Below are positions 11,401 through 26,400 of a stretch of 64,000 nt of DNA, one piece after another. This DNA comes from Phoronis australis (taxonomy: Eukaryota; Animalia; Phoronida). The notes under the pieces were generated by a model. The model was not told the origin of the DNA and ran no database searches. It saw only the letters and a program-made list of their open reading frames with translations. The position numbers and the translations under genes were made by a program. Every line of letters begins with the position of its first letter. The stretch's first letter is position 1. Location: positions 462,594 through 526,593 of the forward strand of contig NMRA01000044.1 of NCBI GenBank assembly GCA_002633005.1, read 5' to 3'.

Positions 11401-14400
11401 TAACTGAAGACTTTGAGATTTTTACTCGTCCCAGTTTAATCGGCTTTTCTCGACTTCGGCAAATCGACCTGATTTGAACTTAGGAACACGAGTTCTCGAA
11501 AACAGCTTGGTGAGTTTCGCTGAAACTTTCCAAACTTGATATATATTCATCAGTCTCAAAAATGCTGTTAGGATTTTCGATGTAAAGGCCTAGTTGCGTA
11601 ATGTTACAAAGACGAATACAACTTCTATTTTTTACAAAAACATCTTACGTTTTGTGAGTTGATTTGTCATAGAAACCAAATGAAAGGACTGATCGAAAAT
11701 TCTTAACAGTGTTTTTGAGGTAACTGGTGAAGTTTTCATGTAAAAAAAGGTTTCATTAAATGTGACCAAGGGTTTTTCTATGAATGTACCTTTCTTAAAA
11801 ATAAAATTTTTGACTTAAAAAAGTGTTAACGTAATAATAATTATGGTACATAAATACAAAACATATTTTTATATTCCCTGATCTTTTTTCTTTCAGAAAT
11901 TATATACTTTTACTAGTTGACAAAGCTTAGTTTTTTGATGTACGAGTTAGAATGGAGGCCACTAAGTAAGGTTTGAGATAACCTTAAGTAACCATCTGCT
12001 TTGTGATTCACACGTCCTCCTTGTTGCTTTCTGCTGCTTTCTGCATAAAAAATTACACACTAGAGTGTTGTGTAAATAACGAGCCTATCACGTTACAGCA
12101 ACCACTAGAAAACAATGATCTCTGCATTCTCTTGTACGCTGTGTAATGTGTTAATGTTTGAATTCCTAGTGAGTTACAGTTGCTCATTGGAATTAAATTG
12201 TGGACTTGCAAGTTTAGAGTGAGAGTATGTAGTAGGTGTATAGACGCTGAGGTTGGTCAATAGTGAAATATTTCAAATAAACACAGAAAAATCGAGAACC
12301 TCAACTGGGAATTGAACAACAGGTCTCTAGATTGCCGGTCTAGTGCTCTTACTACAGCTACTGTGGACCTGATATCTTTTCAGTTACTGTTTGCAGGCAA
12401 CTGCTACATTACCGTTTACATAAGTAATTTGCACCGACCTACTTCATGCCTTTTTCGACAGCAGTTCTTGGCAATAACCACTCCCAAGAAATTTTCCATG
12501 AAAGAGTTAAGTTTTTTACAGATTCTCTGCACTGAACTCTTTATTGCTTTGTCATTACTCCATAATGAAATGCGATTATGAAACAACACGTCATCTTGAG
12601 GAAGTCTGTGAGTTCCCATGTTGTTGCGCATTCTATTAGTCATTGTTTGGAGAAACAGCATGTGTAGAGCTTCAACCAGGTTTTAAGTTATCAATTGTTG
12701 GTAAAAATTGCCGTGAAATTTCAAGCTCACTCATTTTTTGTGATTACTAATTGTTGACAAGTTGGCATATTCCGTAGGTCGGTTTGAAGATGTCAATTAC
12801 ACGTTTTTGCTCTAATTAGGATGTATCTTTGACAAAAGACTTACGTGACTAGTAATTAACTCGGGCAAGCTCGGTTCACATGAAGTTCACTTGTGGAAAA
12901 AAGTCAAAGTCTGATTGTGATAATGAGTCAGTCTGTCCTCTTGCTAGAACCTGCTGTCTATGTGCCGTGCAATAAGGAAGATTCTAAAATGTCTAGAATC
13001 ATTGTCCACTTTTTGATTCTCTTGATAGATTTGTTGATGTGGGCTTGTTCTGATATTGTCAGTACTGTGTTAAGTTTGCATTTTCTTCGGTGCCGATTTT
13101 AAATTTTACCTCCAGGTGAGGTTATTCACACAGGAAATACTTGGCATTCTAGAGAGTGTTAGTGGGTCAGTGACATAGTTAGAAAAAAAGTTGGAAGACA
13201 TGTCACGTTGAAGTATTTCCAGTGATATCCTGGGTTGCAAAAGGTGATAACTGCTGGGTAGTTTAAACTGTGGTTGAATAGGTCAGCCCTCTGTATTCCG
13301 TTGCTGTGGAAACTGTCCACCCTGCTAGGCTTTGATATCATTGAAACTGAAAAATATCTTCCGGAATCCACAGGCTTTCACCATTAACAGAAATAAAACT
13401 GTTTACTGGTTGACCGGTCAATTTGGTTTAGGTGAAATCCACACCTTTAAAGCTGCATTAGGCCTTTTACTCCTGTAAATTTGGTCTCATTAATATTCCT
13501 TATCGTGATAGTATTCCATTTCTGTTGCCAACAAGAACATCTAAACCACCAGTGACTCAAGAAAAAGTTTATGGGGTTGTCCAACCCTTAAATTGCAAAT
13601 TAAGAAAAAGCCGCTTTAAGTTTTGTAGTAAGTGAGCGCTAATATGGTGAAATCTCCCCAGTTTCACCCAAAATTGATTACCATAGCTATCTTTCCATTT
13701 TTCTAAGACTTGAACGTCGTGAATTCCCTTTCTTAAAACATTGTCTGATGGCATAAAACTCATTTAGTATTTATTTGCCGCCTGGTTTACCTTCCATGCC
13801 ATCAATTAAAATTAAAATTTCACTTGTCTGCCATGTTGTATCCTATAATTGGTGAGATTTACTGTAGAAGGTGTGCACTGTCTATATAGACACAGATTGA
13901 TGTATGTGAGATGAATATATTGGTACCTGTTACGATATGTAAATTTCCAATCGTTATGATGTAGACTTTTTTATCAGTCATGGATGGTACTTTCTTTAAC
14001 AATGAACTCATAAAATAGTGTATGAGGATTTTAAAAAGTGTTTGGCCATCAAGCCTAAACACAAACATTTATTTGCTGAGTTGTAGGCATAGTCTTTTCG
14101 AGGGTGGTGACTGCTCAACATTACTTCATTATTCAACGTTATTCATTGCTATTCAGTATTTTCCAATGACAATTAATGTTATTTGATATTATTCAACAAT
14201 ACTCAATGTAATTTGTTATTGATATACTATTCACACTGTGAAACACAAGGGAATGAATAGCATCCAATGCTTTGTGCATCTTTCCGCAGCAATTAAAAAC
14301 AGTATCATTCCTTTGGCTGCTAAATGGATGACTTCCTTCACTAGGTGACACTAGTGCGTCAACCATTCAACCTGCATGCATTCAGGTAATCACGTGGTAC

Positions 14401-17400
14401 CGTTGGCCCATAGCTGCCCCCTTGCTGATACTTTCTGCTCAATTTAGTTATTCAAAAAATATTCTTTGTTGATTAGCACCACCTGGTGAATATAAAGTAC
14501 TCATGAGAAGGTTACGTTGGCAGCCATTTTCTTTGATTTTATGAATAGCCAAGTCTATTTTCAAACTCCTTTGATGTGAAACACAGTGGCCGAAATTTGA
14601 GAAATATGATGAACACAAAAATTAACCATGTCCCAAGAATAAAGTTAATGCAATTTCTGCTTGAATTTCTATGTTCCCTATTTTAGAGACTGTCCCAATT
14701 TGGAGAATTTTACAGCATCCCGTTACTGTGACCATAAGCCACAATAAATTTTAGTCTATTGTCTGTACTGTAGTAGCGGTTTGTCCTGGTGAGCATTCTG
14801 TAGAGGTGAGACGTCACAAGATATCGCCATTCATTACAAGCAAAGCTTGCGCGATCTCACTAGCTTCCTTAGCAAGATATCTGTGTCTATACTGCCAGTG
14901 CACATGTTGTCATCTAGCTGACATTGATGGAACAACATCTCCCAGGGATATTCGGCTAGTTTTGATGGGGAGGAGCAGCTGGATATATGTAATACCCACA
15001 CATTTGGAAAGTAGACGCGAAAAAGGGACACACTTGATTGTGAGGTTCGGAGAGTTATTCCCTTTGTGAAAAAATAATTTGGAAAACGCACTCTTTCATT
15101 GGCAAACTGGCTCTGATAACTTTTCCATCTGAGCAACATGCTCTGTATGCACTTTCAATAGTAGTATCCTTGGGCCTCATTTTTATTCAAAAAATGAATT
15201 ATTCAGAATACAGAAATTGTGCCCATGGGCCACCCATCACAAAGTGCGAATACCTATCCTGTTTCATTCAACTAATCACCTTAAGTTTTCTGTCTCAGTG
15301 AATAATATCATGTCGTGCGTTTCAGGGCCTCCGTCACATCACATTCGCGCTGACGAGCGAACGATGAAACAGAAAATGAAACTTCAGAAGAAACTGGCCA
15401 GTCGGACGCACGAACCATCCTACAACTTCATGCCGCATGACGGCTATGTTAACTATGTTCCACACAGATCCAATGCCAAAAGTAAGTTCAGTCGTCATTA
15501 GTTCTTTGTGCATGCGTGTGTGTGTGTGCGTAGTTGATGTTTTAACGTTTGTTCCTGCTACAGGTTTCCGTGTGTAAACCCAGACAAATGTACGCCCAGC
15601 AGGCATTACATGAAACATTCCAGATAATATGCCCAGAGTGGACTCGTATTTTGGAAAATGTGCTTGGTTTTCTTGCTTTGGATTTTACTGAAACTGGACT
15701 TCACGTAGGCGGATTTAGGAACTATGCGTCCTGATGGTCCTGGCCTCTGCATCCGTACCCAACTAAAAAATCACCGCCTGCGTGCTGTTTGGTGTTTACA
15801 TGAACATTTCTCCTTCCTTGTGTTTCAAAACCTTAAACAAACACAATTTATGTGTTACTAAAAAGGATGCTTGTGTCATGTCATTGCGTGGTTGCATTTA
15901 TTGAGAAATCATTACATACATATAACAGAGCAGAGTACAAGTTATGAAGATAAATCACAGCTTAAAGCTTATTTTCAGTGGTGAAAAGTATTTAACACGC
16001 CTGAATTGATAGTTAGCACTACTGATATCCAGGGTATATTTTGTATTTGACTTGTGACCTCAAAGTTCGGTCTGCTGAATATGCGCCCATGGCTTGTATA
16101 TATAAATGTCTGTTAGTGAATGGGAGGAAGTTATGTAGACATGTGACTTCCGAGTATACATAGTGCCGATCTGATCCAGGTACATGTAGGTTATTACGCT
16201 AGGGAGGCTTCTATTTCACGTACTTGGACCCTAATAGAATTTGGAAGATTGATTTCCCGAATAAGGGGGGGGATAATTGTTGCAAATCTCACCGCAGTAG
16301 GTCAAGATAAAGGAAATAATGACCAAGAACTTGTTAAATTGCGACTTATTGACCAACAAAATCTTGAAAATCCACAAAATAAAATTGAGGCAATTCAGCC
16401 TTCATTCTACTTGATTCCTGTCAACCACTGCATAGTAGATCAAACTACACACACCAGCGTCTTGCATAGTAGATTAAACTACACACACCGGCGTCTTCTG
16501 CAGATTCATATTTTCCCGCCAAATAGTTATTTAACGGGCTATAGATAACTGTTTGGGTTATCTGGTAGTTTTCAGTGGTTTCATGCTTGTACTGGGGGAT
16601 AAAAAAGTACTTATTATGTTTTGGTTCATTAGTTAGTCGGTATGTGTTCTTGGTGATTTCTTGTCTGAGTGAAAAGGACTCCAGTCTGATAATTGCAACC
16701 GGGAAACGTTACTGGTTTGAATTTGGATTTGCTGGTGTGCTCACCGACATGAAACGCTCTTGTTCAACAAAATTGGATTTCACGAAACACGAATATTTGT
16801 TTTAAAATGCCCAATGCTTGGAAATTTAATCAAGCTGTAGACGATATGGGGTTCAGCATGTGTAATGGTTTGTACATATGGAAATTCTCAGAGTATTTGT
16901 TTTAGAATTATTCAGAATTACTGAGGATTGCATTGATAACCTGTGGCAAGAAATGACTCGTGACTCCTTCACTGAAATTTGCTAACACTCCTCCAGTTCA
17001 CAGCACAGTGCTGTTTAGCCCATCAGATTTCTCAAAAAAGATATTTTTGGAAGAAATTTCCTTTTGGTTTGGAACAGTGTTATCATAGTTGGTTGTTACC
17101 AAAGGATTCATTAGTCATGGTGAAATACCAGGCATTTTAGTGATAGAATAATTTTTTTGAACGAATGAAATTTACAATTACGGCTATTTTTCTTATTTTT
17201 TTTTAATTCTAAGGAAATTAGCCGTAAATAATGGTCATGGTAACATAGCTGTTGTTCTCAATTTTTGTTTCTGAAGTATGGTATGTTTACCAGTCATCAC
17301 TGTCATCTTGATTAACTCGGAATAAAAAAAAAACGTTGGAATCGTGTCGCTTTGTGTCTGCAGATGCTACCTTGAGTTCATAGGGGCAGGATGTTATGTT

Positions 17401-20400
17401 GCTGCCTAAAGTCTCCAGACATTTCACTGGTGGTTGTAGGTCTAATGAGGTGTGGCGGCCACTCAGAGCATCAGTTTGAATAAGAACCTGCCTCATTAGT
17501 GTTTTTTGTTCCAGCCATTTTCATTGCTTGCATTGGTACTCAAAACCTGTTGAATTTGCCGGTTACAACAATTGTTTATGTTTAGTCTATGGTGGGGGAA
17601 AAGTTGAAGCTCCCAAAAGCTTGATGAGATCTTAATGACACTGTAAACAGTCTCAGCCACAAGAATTTGGGGTTTGAAATATAATTTTTGGAATAGATGT
17701 CTGTGAAGTTTTGTTTGTTAAACACCTTCTCTCATTGTCCATTGAGTTATTCAGAAAATTTGACACTGCTCTGGTTGGAAAATGTAGGCATTCAACACTT
17801 CTGAGGTATTCAGCAAATATGTACTAGTTGTCATGAAGTAATCACACAGTACCGTACTTGTCCGGTTTAAAGCCCACGCTCAGCTTAACACCCTCCGCAT
17901 GATTTCTGAGTTGATCAGTTTCGATGCCCTAGGGTCTGTTTCTTGAAAAGTGACTTAAGACAGAAAGTTCGTCTTACGTTCCCTCTTCACAGTTGCTGAA
18001 AACAAGTTTAGCCAAGTAAGCATTAGCACACAACAGTCTTGAAATAATTTATGGATATTATCTCAATAACCCGTGGGTTTGTATACATTCTAAAATGCAC
18101 TTTTGCTCAAGGGAGTTTCAACTATTTTTCAGAAATTGGTGCGTTGAGCACAAGACCAAATTCCTGTCTTATATCTTAAGTCACGTTTTTTGAAACAGAC
18201 CCCTGAGTGGGCATTATTTGATTGGATACGGTGAACATGAAGTGTTTGTACTACCTCAGGCATGTATTTTGAGCTTGCGTTATCGCCACTGGTTGTGTTC
18301 CACAGTGAATGGCATTGACATCCAACATGGCTGCCCCCCTGAGAGCGTGCACAGCAGTTCGTCCAGTAATGATGGCCAAGACATAGAAGACGAGAGACAG
18401 TCAGTTATAGATATGCTCTCCAGCATGTCACAACCTGATGTAAGCAAGGGTTTTCTTTCAATGAGATGATACACTGAAATGTGTGTCTCTGTGTTTTAAT
18501 TTATGCCATGGTCCATATACGTGCTAAGCTGTACTAAACCATTCACTATAATTGCTTGTTGAAAGTTAGTAATAGCGTACCTCTGGTGAAATCTTACCAT
18601 TTTAGGACAAATTGTGGACAAGTGAAATGAATTTTCATCTTTTTCGTAAGAGATGAGGTAGACAAAAATGCTTCATCATTTTAAGATCTTTACCCGAGCT
18701 ACCATCAGACAAGGTTTTGAGAAGGCGGACATTCAGAACAATGCTAGAATTCTTGGAAAAATAAAAAAATCAATTTTGGCAAGTTATTGAAACATTTCTA
18801 ACTTTCCATTTCAAGAACTCTTGCCTGTCTGTTGAATCTAGAAGTTAAACTGATGATTACTCAAAACCCATGCAATGGCTTTATCAAGTTTGCTGTTGGA
18901 TTTACTGTTGTGAACAGGAAGTAGAAAGATTTTGTTTGCGTGCATTAATGGGTAATTGTAACCACTCCTGTGTTGCCATGGTGTTTCACGGTTGGCTGGT
19001 TTAATGCCGTGTTGCAGATCACCGACATAGGAGCCAGGAGCGCGTTGGTGCATATTCAGCCTCCCCCGTGCAATATCACCAGCATGTCCAACCTCAGCTA
19101 CCGACTCCAACTGGCCGGCCAAGACGGGAAATATTCTACAGTATACGGGTACGTGCACTCCCATGAGTTACACTGTTACCAAGTGCTCCAGCAGTTTGGT
19201 GTTATACTCAGATTCTCTTGGTATATGGCACTGCTGTTTTAGCCTGTGTCTTATGTTTTACTCGTGGATCGTTGTTTGTGACTTGCACTGTTGCTGCTCC
19301 ACCATTATGTTATCACCACACCTGTAGACAATCTAATTTTCGTTATGCTAGTGTTCATCTTTTCCCAAAAGCTGTAATGGCAGATTATAGTTCTTCAGTG
19401 GTATACCAGCTTCCAAAATTTAGTTGCCACTGTGTGTCATTGTATCTTAGCATAAGAGTGGCGTTTTCGAGATATGGTATGTCGAACCAGATAACTGTGT
19501 TTTCCTCTCAAGACTTTTTCGCTTGACAGCATGGGATTGAACAACAGATCATTGGTACAATGGGTAATTCCCCTTTTTGCTCTTTAGTAGTATAAATGGA
19601 AGTTTGAACCTCATTGTAAATCTTTATTACTGTGCAAAGAACCTCATCCTTACCTGGTCCTTACCTGGTCCTTATGTTCTATTTAATTTTAGCGGTGATG
19701 CCACTGAAATCACACTAAAGGATCTGAAGCCATCAACAGAATACCAGTTGAAGTAAGTTTTTGTACCTTTAGCAATTCCACTTCATCAACTGCTTCATGA
19801 AGGTCAATAAACCGTGTTCTTTACTAAGCTTATGTTAAGTATGGTGTGAGGTATTCCTGTAAGTCACATCTTTGCTCAATTTAGTTCAAACAAAGTTTTA
19901 AGTTCTAATTCATGGTTTTGATAATTTTTGGTTGATTGGTTACCGCAAGCTTAATTTTGCCTTTGTACTTCAAAGAAATCAAGTCTTTGTATGGTCTTTG
20001 ACACTGATATCTACTGCTATCGGTGCATTTCTGAACATGCATTTCTGATGATATCATATCCTGTGCTTTTTGTGTGTAATTCAGCTGAAATAAACCCACT
20101 TGCCATCAAGAGCCAACCTTTGATTAAGCCCTCCTATCATTTTATACTTGTCCCTACTTGTCACTTGCTCGGACTAGAGGTGATATCTAGACGTGTCACA
20201 GTGGCTCATTTAATGGCCCAAGAATGATCTCTAGCAATAACCACTTCTCATTTGGGTAAGGAACTGAACAATACCTTTATTGTGCACTAAAGACCCAAGA
20301 CAATCGTGAGAAGTGCTACTGTGGTCACTTGTCGGTTGTAATGCTTGGCGATGTGTCGCGAAGACTTGTATGATCTCACTTTTCTAGCAAGTAACCTCAA

Positions 20401-23400
20401 GCGTTGTGTTGCATTGACTGGTTCTAAGTTTGTTTAGTTGATCTGCAGACTAAATACATTTGTCTTTGATTTCATCACCTTGATACTTACCATGCAGTGT
20501 CACTACATCCCTTTGCAGAACCTGTGCAGTATTAGATGATCTGAATGGAGACATGACAGAAGCGGCCAAGTTCAAGACACTCTGCTGTGAGCCCGACCCT
20601 CCTCTGCCACCTAAGTGCTATCAACGCTCAAAGACGTATATATTCCTCAAGTGGACGGTATGTCTAGCCTTATCTGACGCATTCCTAATGTCTCCGTCTT
20701 ATAATGTCTGCTTCTTCTCGTGAAGTTAGCCTTATTACTTTGGAATTAGCTTGTGAAGGTATTCACGCCACTGTTTTTGAACTGATTTCAAATGTTAGTA
20801 GTAAACACAATTTAGGTTTTGGCCATGACAAAATGGTCCCAGTGTTCTGAGACTTAGAATAGAAGACTGGTGAGGCATTTGTTTGAATTAAAAAAATCCG
20901 ATTGAAGTAGCCTACCTCCGTGAGAATAATATTAAAACAAAATGGTCTCTTTACTCATTACCTCATAGGCAGATTTGGAGAGAGGCCAGGAGTCTGAGAC
21001 ATACAACAGACATGACCAAAAAAACATTGGCATGTTATTTTTAGGACTTGTGCAGACATTGTTTCGTAGAACATTACGGTTGCCGTTACCCCAACAACAT
21101 CCTAAATCTACCAGGGCGCTGAATTGCTGTGCGAGTTCTTATTTTGATGATGATCTTGAATGTAAGAAACTCTGATAAAAGCAGAATGATGCAGTCGGCA
21201 GTACTGTAGTAGGCCTTGTTCAACATCGCACAAAAATAGTTGCGAGAGAACGCTTTTAAGTAATGCAAGGCAGCCTGCATTGCTACGGATGCTTAAACCT
21301 ATACTCAGTGTTTTGGTCCATGGCAGTTGTACATTGCAAACAAAGCTGCCGATGCAATAGTATTCACTCAATATTTGTTTTGGTTGAGCTATTGGACAAG
21401 ATAAACACATTACTCATTCTGTGCTAAATTTAAAACAATTTAATGTGCACAGAAACACCTTTACTAAATGTTGTATAGTTGCAGATATACTGTGCACACC
21501 ATGTTGCTGAAAGCTGAGTAAAATTTCCTGAATGAAATTTTATGTATGTTTTTTGTTGAGAAACTTGGAAAAATTGAAATTTTACTTGTCCATCATATTA
21601 TACCCTAAACTAAACAATTTTTACCGTACTTATTGTAAATCGGTTAATTGTCCATGGATATTTAAATGCTTGAAGCAATTGCAACTTTCACATTGGTTTG
21701 CGACAAAACGGCTTTGTATTCAAATTCATCCGTCTGTTTACAGGCAACTTCAGACAATGGTGCAAAAGTGACGAGTTACTCCCTGGAGTTTGATCAGGTT
21801 TGTGACGCACATTAGCACGTTGAAACCAAAACCAGACAGCACTTGTCTTCTAGGCAAATGACCTTTCTGTTGTTTGTTAGAATTCAATCATTAAGGTCAT
21901 AACCTGTAACTGAGGTCACAACCCCCACAGGTTGTCTGCTCCGTGTAGGAGGGTTAAGGAAATCTAATAAGCCTGGAACTGTGTTGTGGAATTATACAAG
22001 AAACCTTGCTCAACCACTTTAACTGGTCTTAGATATGAGATTTCCAACAGGCCTGATATTAACAACGTTGTTTCTCCCTGGTGCTGTTGGTGTTCTTGAC
22101 TATGAACTTGCAGTTGCTATATATTAAATGTTGAGCGTCTGGTAGTTGTTGTATTTTTCTCTAACTTTAGGTTTGGATTGTGCTAAGTGGCGTAAGATTT
22201 TTCCAGTACTACATGAAAGCAGCCTTCAATTTTTTGCATTAGTGGTTTGGATTCTGTTAGTTGTCCCATTAAGTTGGTTTGACTTGGCATCCAATTTAAC
22301 CACTAAGGTAGCCTCGCCCATCTGGATTATATGACATCCAGACAGCCTCTATTAACCAGGTCATGGTACAGACAGCCAACCTCTGACCTGGCCTTTGACC
22401 TTCGACGTATTTTGACTTTCCTGCGGCTACTTAGGCTGGAGTTTATTTCATGTGACTACTTTAGACATACCTTAGTAAAATGACCTGTGATCTGATTTGA
22501 CTTGTAAAGTCACCAATAAGTGCTTTTCACTGGTCAGTGACCTTCAGCATGCCTTGAGTTAGATATTGCTTGTGAAGGGGCAATGAGATTTATGAGTAAA
22601 AACACCAAAAACAAAGCACGAGCTCATAGCACGTGTCCATAGACCTGTTGATCCATACAGCCTGTGACTTTTGGCAGCTGCCGGCTGGGGTTGGTTTGCA
22701 GTTGTCGTTTACACCATAATCACATCATGGCTGGTTCACAAGGCTGCTGCTGACTGCCGAGTCCATGCTAATAGCAGCAGCGTTCTACCAATTGTGGTCT
22801 CTCCCGACTTAGTTGTGCTAAAGTGTGTGGGTGACTTCTGTGATTCAATTAACTGAAAATAGTTGAAAAATAGCGACTTGATGTGTCTGGGTCAAATATC
22901 CAATTTGCGTTTATTGATACAGTTGGGATTCCTTAATTCTTTGTGCGACCATTTTATAATGTTTTTTTTTTGTCATAGTGGTCTGGTTGAAAAGACACTA
23001 CTTGTTTCAAATATGTCTCCAACCCCTGTGATTTATTAATAATTTTATTCTATACTATCTGTTAGTAAGGGAGATTGTTTGCCATCTCATGTATCTGTTG
23101 GTTAATAGGACTTGGTTGCAAATGTGAGATAATGAAAAAGAACAGTCTCATCAGGCAATTGACTTTACTAGACATTTTTCGATACAGCAGCGACATGTTG
23201 AAACATGTCTTGTCACTAGATGCTGATAGGAAAGTTTGTGTACAGCGTTCTGCACGCTTGTATGGATTTTCTGCAGTGGAGTATTGCTCGGCATTTTTAA
23301 GTAATTTCTTCGCAACCATCATGTCTTCAAATTGCCACTATTGTGCAATGGGTGTATTAAAACAATTCATACAAAAAGGACACCTCAAATGTCCATGAAT

Positions 23401-26400
23401 GGAAGAAACTGCATTTCATTCATGTCCACTCGCCTCATCTTGCATGCTAGAATTAAAAAACTAGGTCACACCATGCTCAAGAGTTGTATGTAGAGTTTTT
23501 CCTATTGCCATCTTCGTCCACAACAAGCACTCCAAACTTTGCCCAATGGCACGCACTGAGCAGTGGCAAATCATTTGTACGCGTTGGCATTTAGAGCTGC
23601 TGCTTTCTCATGAATCTTCGGTTGTGTGCGATTGGATGTGGTACTAGCCAGTGGCATTGGTCTGATCTCTGGTCCTACTCTCTCATCAGCTGCTCGTTTC
23701 TCCGCAGGGCCGACGTGACGGCACGTTTGTCGAGGTCTACAATGATGTCTCGCGGCAATTCAAAGTGCAAAAACTTCAAGCGTCCACAGGCTACACCTTC
23801 AGGTTGGCGGCCATTAACAGGGAGGGCAAGAGGTGAGTTAAGTGGGATATTGGCTACCCACATCAGGACCGTTCCGTTAAAAGTTATAACCCGTTCAAAT
23901 AGCCGGCTGCTTTGCAGATTAATTAGTAGAATGTTTAAAGTCGCTCTTGTGAATGAATGCATTTTTGGACATATAAACATCAGATCATGTGGCAGCTGTT
24001 TTGCAAGCACTTAAAAAGTATGAGATTATTGACAGAACTCAGTTTTCCATGAAAATGACCCTTTATGTATACTATACAGTTATGGGCTGATCCTGAAGGG
24101 GATATCGGGTCATGTGGACTGAGCGAGAGCACTGGTCATTACTCTCTCAAGTTCCATATGACCTGTCATGCTGGAGGGATTGGTCTGCAGCAGTTTTATT
24201 ATACCGTCACTGATGTTTCTGCTTTGATTTGTTTGTCTCTGATAAGATCGGCTTTTTTACTTGTGCTTTGATATACTGTCATTGTCTGCTCACTGTACGA
24301 CAGTCTTATGATTTCTGCAAACCATAATTAGTGAGATCTGGAATAGCGACATCTGTTTTCCTGTTGACATAAATGAAAATCTTAAACGATATCCTTCGGC
24401 TAGCTGGTCAACATTATCTCATGGCCAAAGTTATCCTACTTTGTTGTAACCAGTTAATGGACACAAGTACCAGTGGTGATGAACCGCTTTCTGTTTAGCT
24501 GCTTCAAACAGCCAACCGAAACCTTGCTCTAACTTGTGAATGTTGTAATCTGTTTTTGGATGCAGGTCGCAAACTGAGTCTGGGTACAAACCAAAACCAA
24601 CCATGCGCTTTTTGAGAAATTCACTCCATGGAATGCACCCCTGTTGTAGTTTCTTGCAGGGAAATTTCCTTAAATGATCTTGTTTTTAACAAGTTTGCTG
24701 GAAGAAGTGAATGCGGCATTCACTATTAATAAGTGCTGCAGTGTCATTTTATAAATCCCTTATTGTTTAATGATAATTTAAATTGTGGTATATGACTTAA
24801 TTTCTAAGTACTGTGACCTGACTACTATCCTTATTCCTGTCACAGTGCCTTCAGTGACCCAGTCATGTTCTGCACAAGCGGCAGTGTTCCTATGCAACCG
24901 GACCCCCCAATGTTGTCTGACAAGTACGTGAATGCCATGACGATCTCGTGGATCAAACGACCAAATGATGACGAGTTCAAACTTCAAATGGAGGACGAGG
25001 AATCGGTCAGTACATGCCAACCATGGTGGCTGTTATGTAGCAGCTGCCATCTTGAGCTTTCACAAAGTGGTAGTCAGTCAATTTTGCTTAATTATAGTTA
25101 TCTTAGGATTTGCATAGCAGCAGTCATCTTTGATTTCAACATCGAGGTTGGCTTTGACATCCCCGCAGTGAAGTTGAAGGTTACCATACAGATTTTCAGT
25201 GTGACTGTTGTTTCATTCCCATCTGACATTAGTAATATTATACTTCATTGAATTATACTTTTTCTTTAGACCTTCATATTTTGGCTGTGTATGTACTTAA
25301 CAACTTCCCACATTCCCAAGGCTATGCATTGTTTTACAGGGTCATGGGTTCGTCACTCAGTACAATGGCCCTGATCTTTCACACAAGGTAGAAAAGCTGG
25401 TTCGCAACAAGGAATATAAATTCAGAGTAAGTAGACACCTTGCACCATTTTTCTTACAATGTGTGTCTGGTAAAATGCTATTCATTCAGCGTTAGTGCAC
25501 TGTTGAAGCGAATGAATTTTTTCAACAATTAAATAGATCAACCAACTGTTGCACCATTGGAATTTTTTTGGTAAAAATGTGTCTTGTGTCTGCTTGTATT
25601 TAGAAAACGAAGACATGAGGTTTTGGAAATGTATTTCTGTTGCTGTCTACAAGTGCATTGCTTTAGAAAAAGTTCACTCTCCTATTATTAATGAATTGGT
25701 TTTGGAGCCACAAATTAGTTGCGTGTTCTGTTTGTACACGATTTACCCGTAATGACAATGGTTCTATTATAAAACTTGATATATGTTCTGTCCTACTTTC
25801 TCTGTCCTCAATCGGCATTACCATTTCTCAGTTGTCCGCCAATAATGACGAAGGTTCCAGCAAATGGAGCGACATCGTACGTTTCCGCACACTTCCTGCT
25901 ACTCCTGGTCCACCTGGCAAGCCGCAGACCAAGGGAAAAATACATTCTACACATTTCCGCGTGACATGGGGTAAGGACTTGTTGCAGGTAGACAAGGATC
26001 AATGAAAACGCTGATTTTGGGCATTAAGTTGCGTGATGACGCATCCAGTTAAGCTTGTCTGACATATTCATGAGCTTAAATTATTCTTTCATTTGTCTCC
26101 TTTTTGTGTAAGTACTATATGGAAAATGAAAACTCCTAGAAATTCTGAGATTAAATTGAAAATAAAAACACAATGAGAGTGGGTACCACATTACTTCTGA
26201 ATCTCACTTCCAGTTCCAATACTGACAAAACTGTGACTGATTAATGTAGGCTTCAACTGCAACTGACCCATTTCAGCCAGTCTGTTTTCTTCCAAGTTTG
26301 CACAAGTTCGTTGACTGAGCTCTTTGGTTGCCATGGCAATAATGAACTATTGTCGTGTCCTCGTTACTCTGTGGTCGCATCTCTACTTTCATGTTTCAGA

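Noticed and set aside
12297-12369. tRNA gene
   Set aside because: Acceptor and T stems are broken; better explained as a SINE head.
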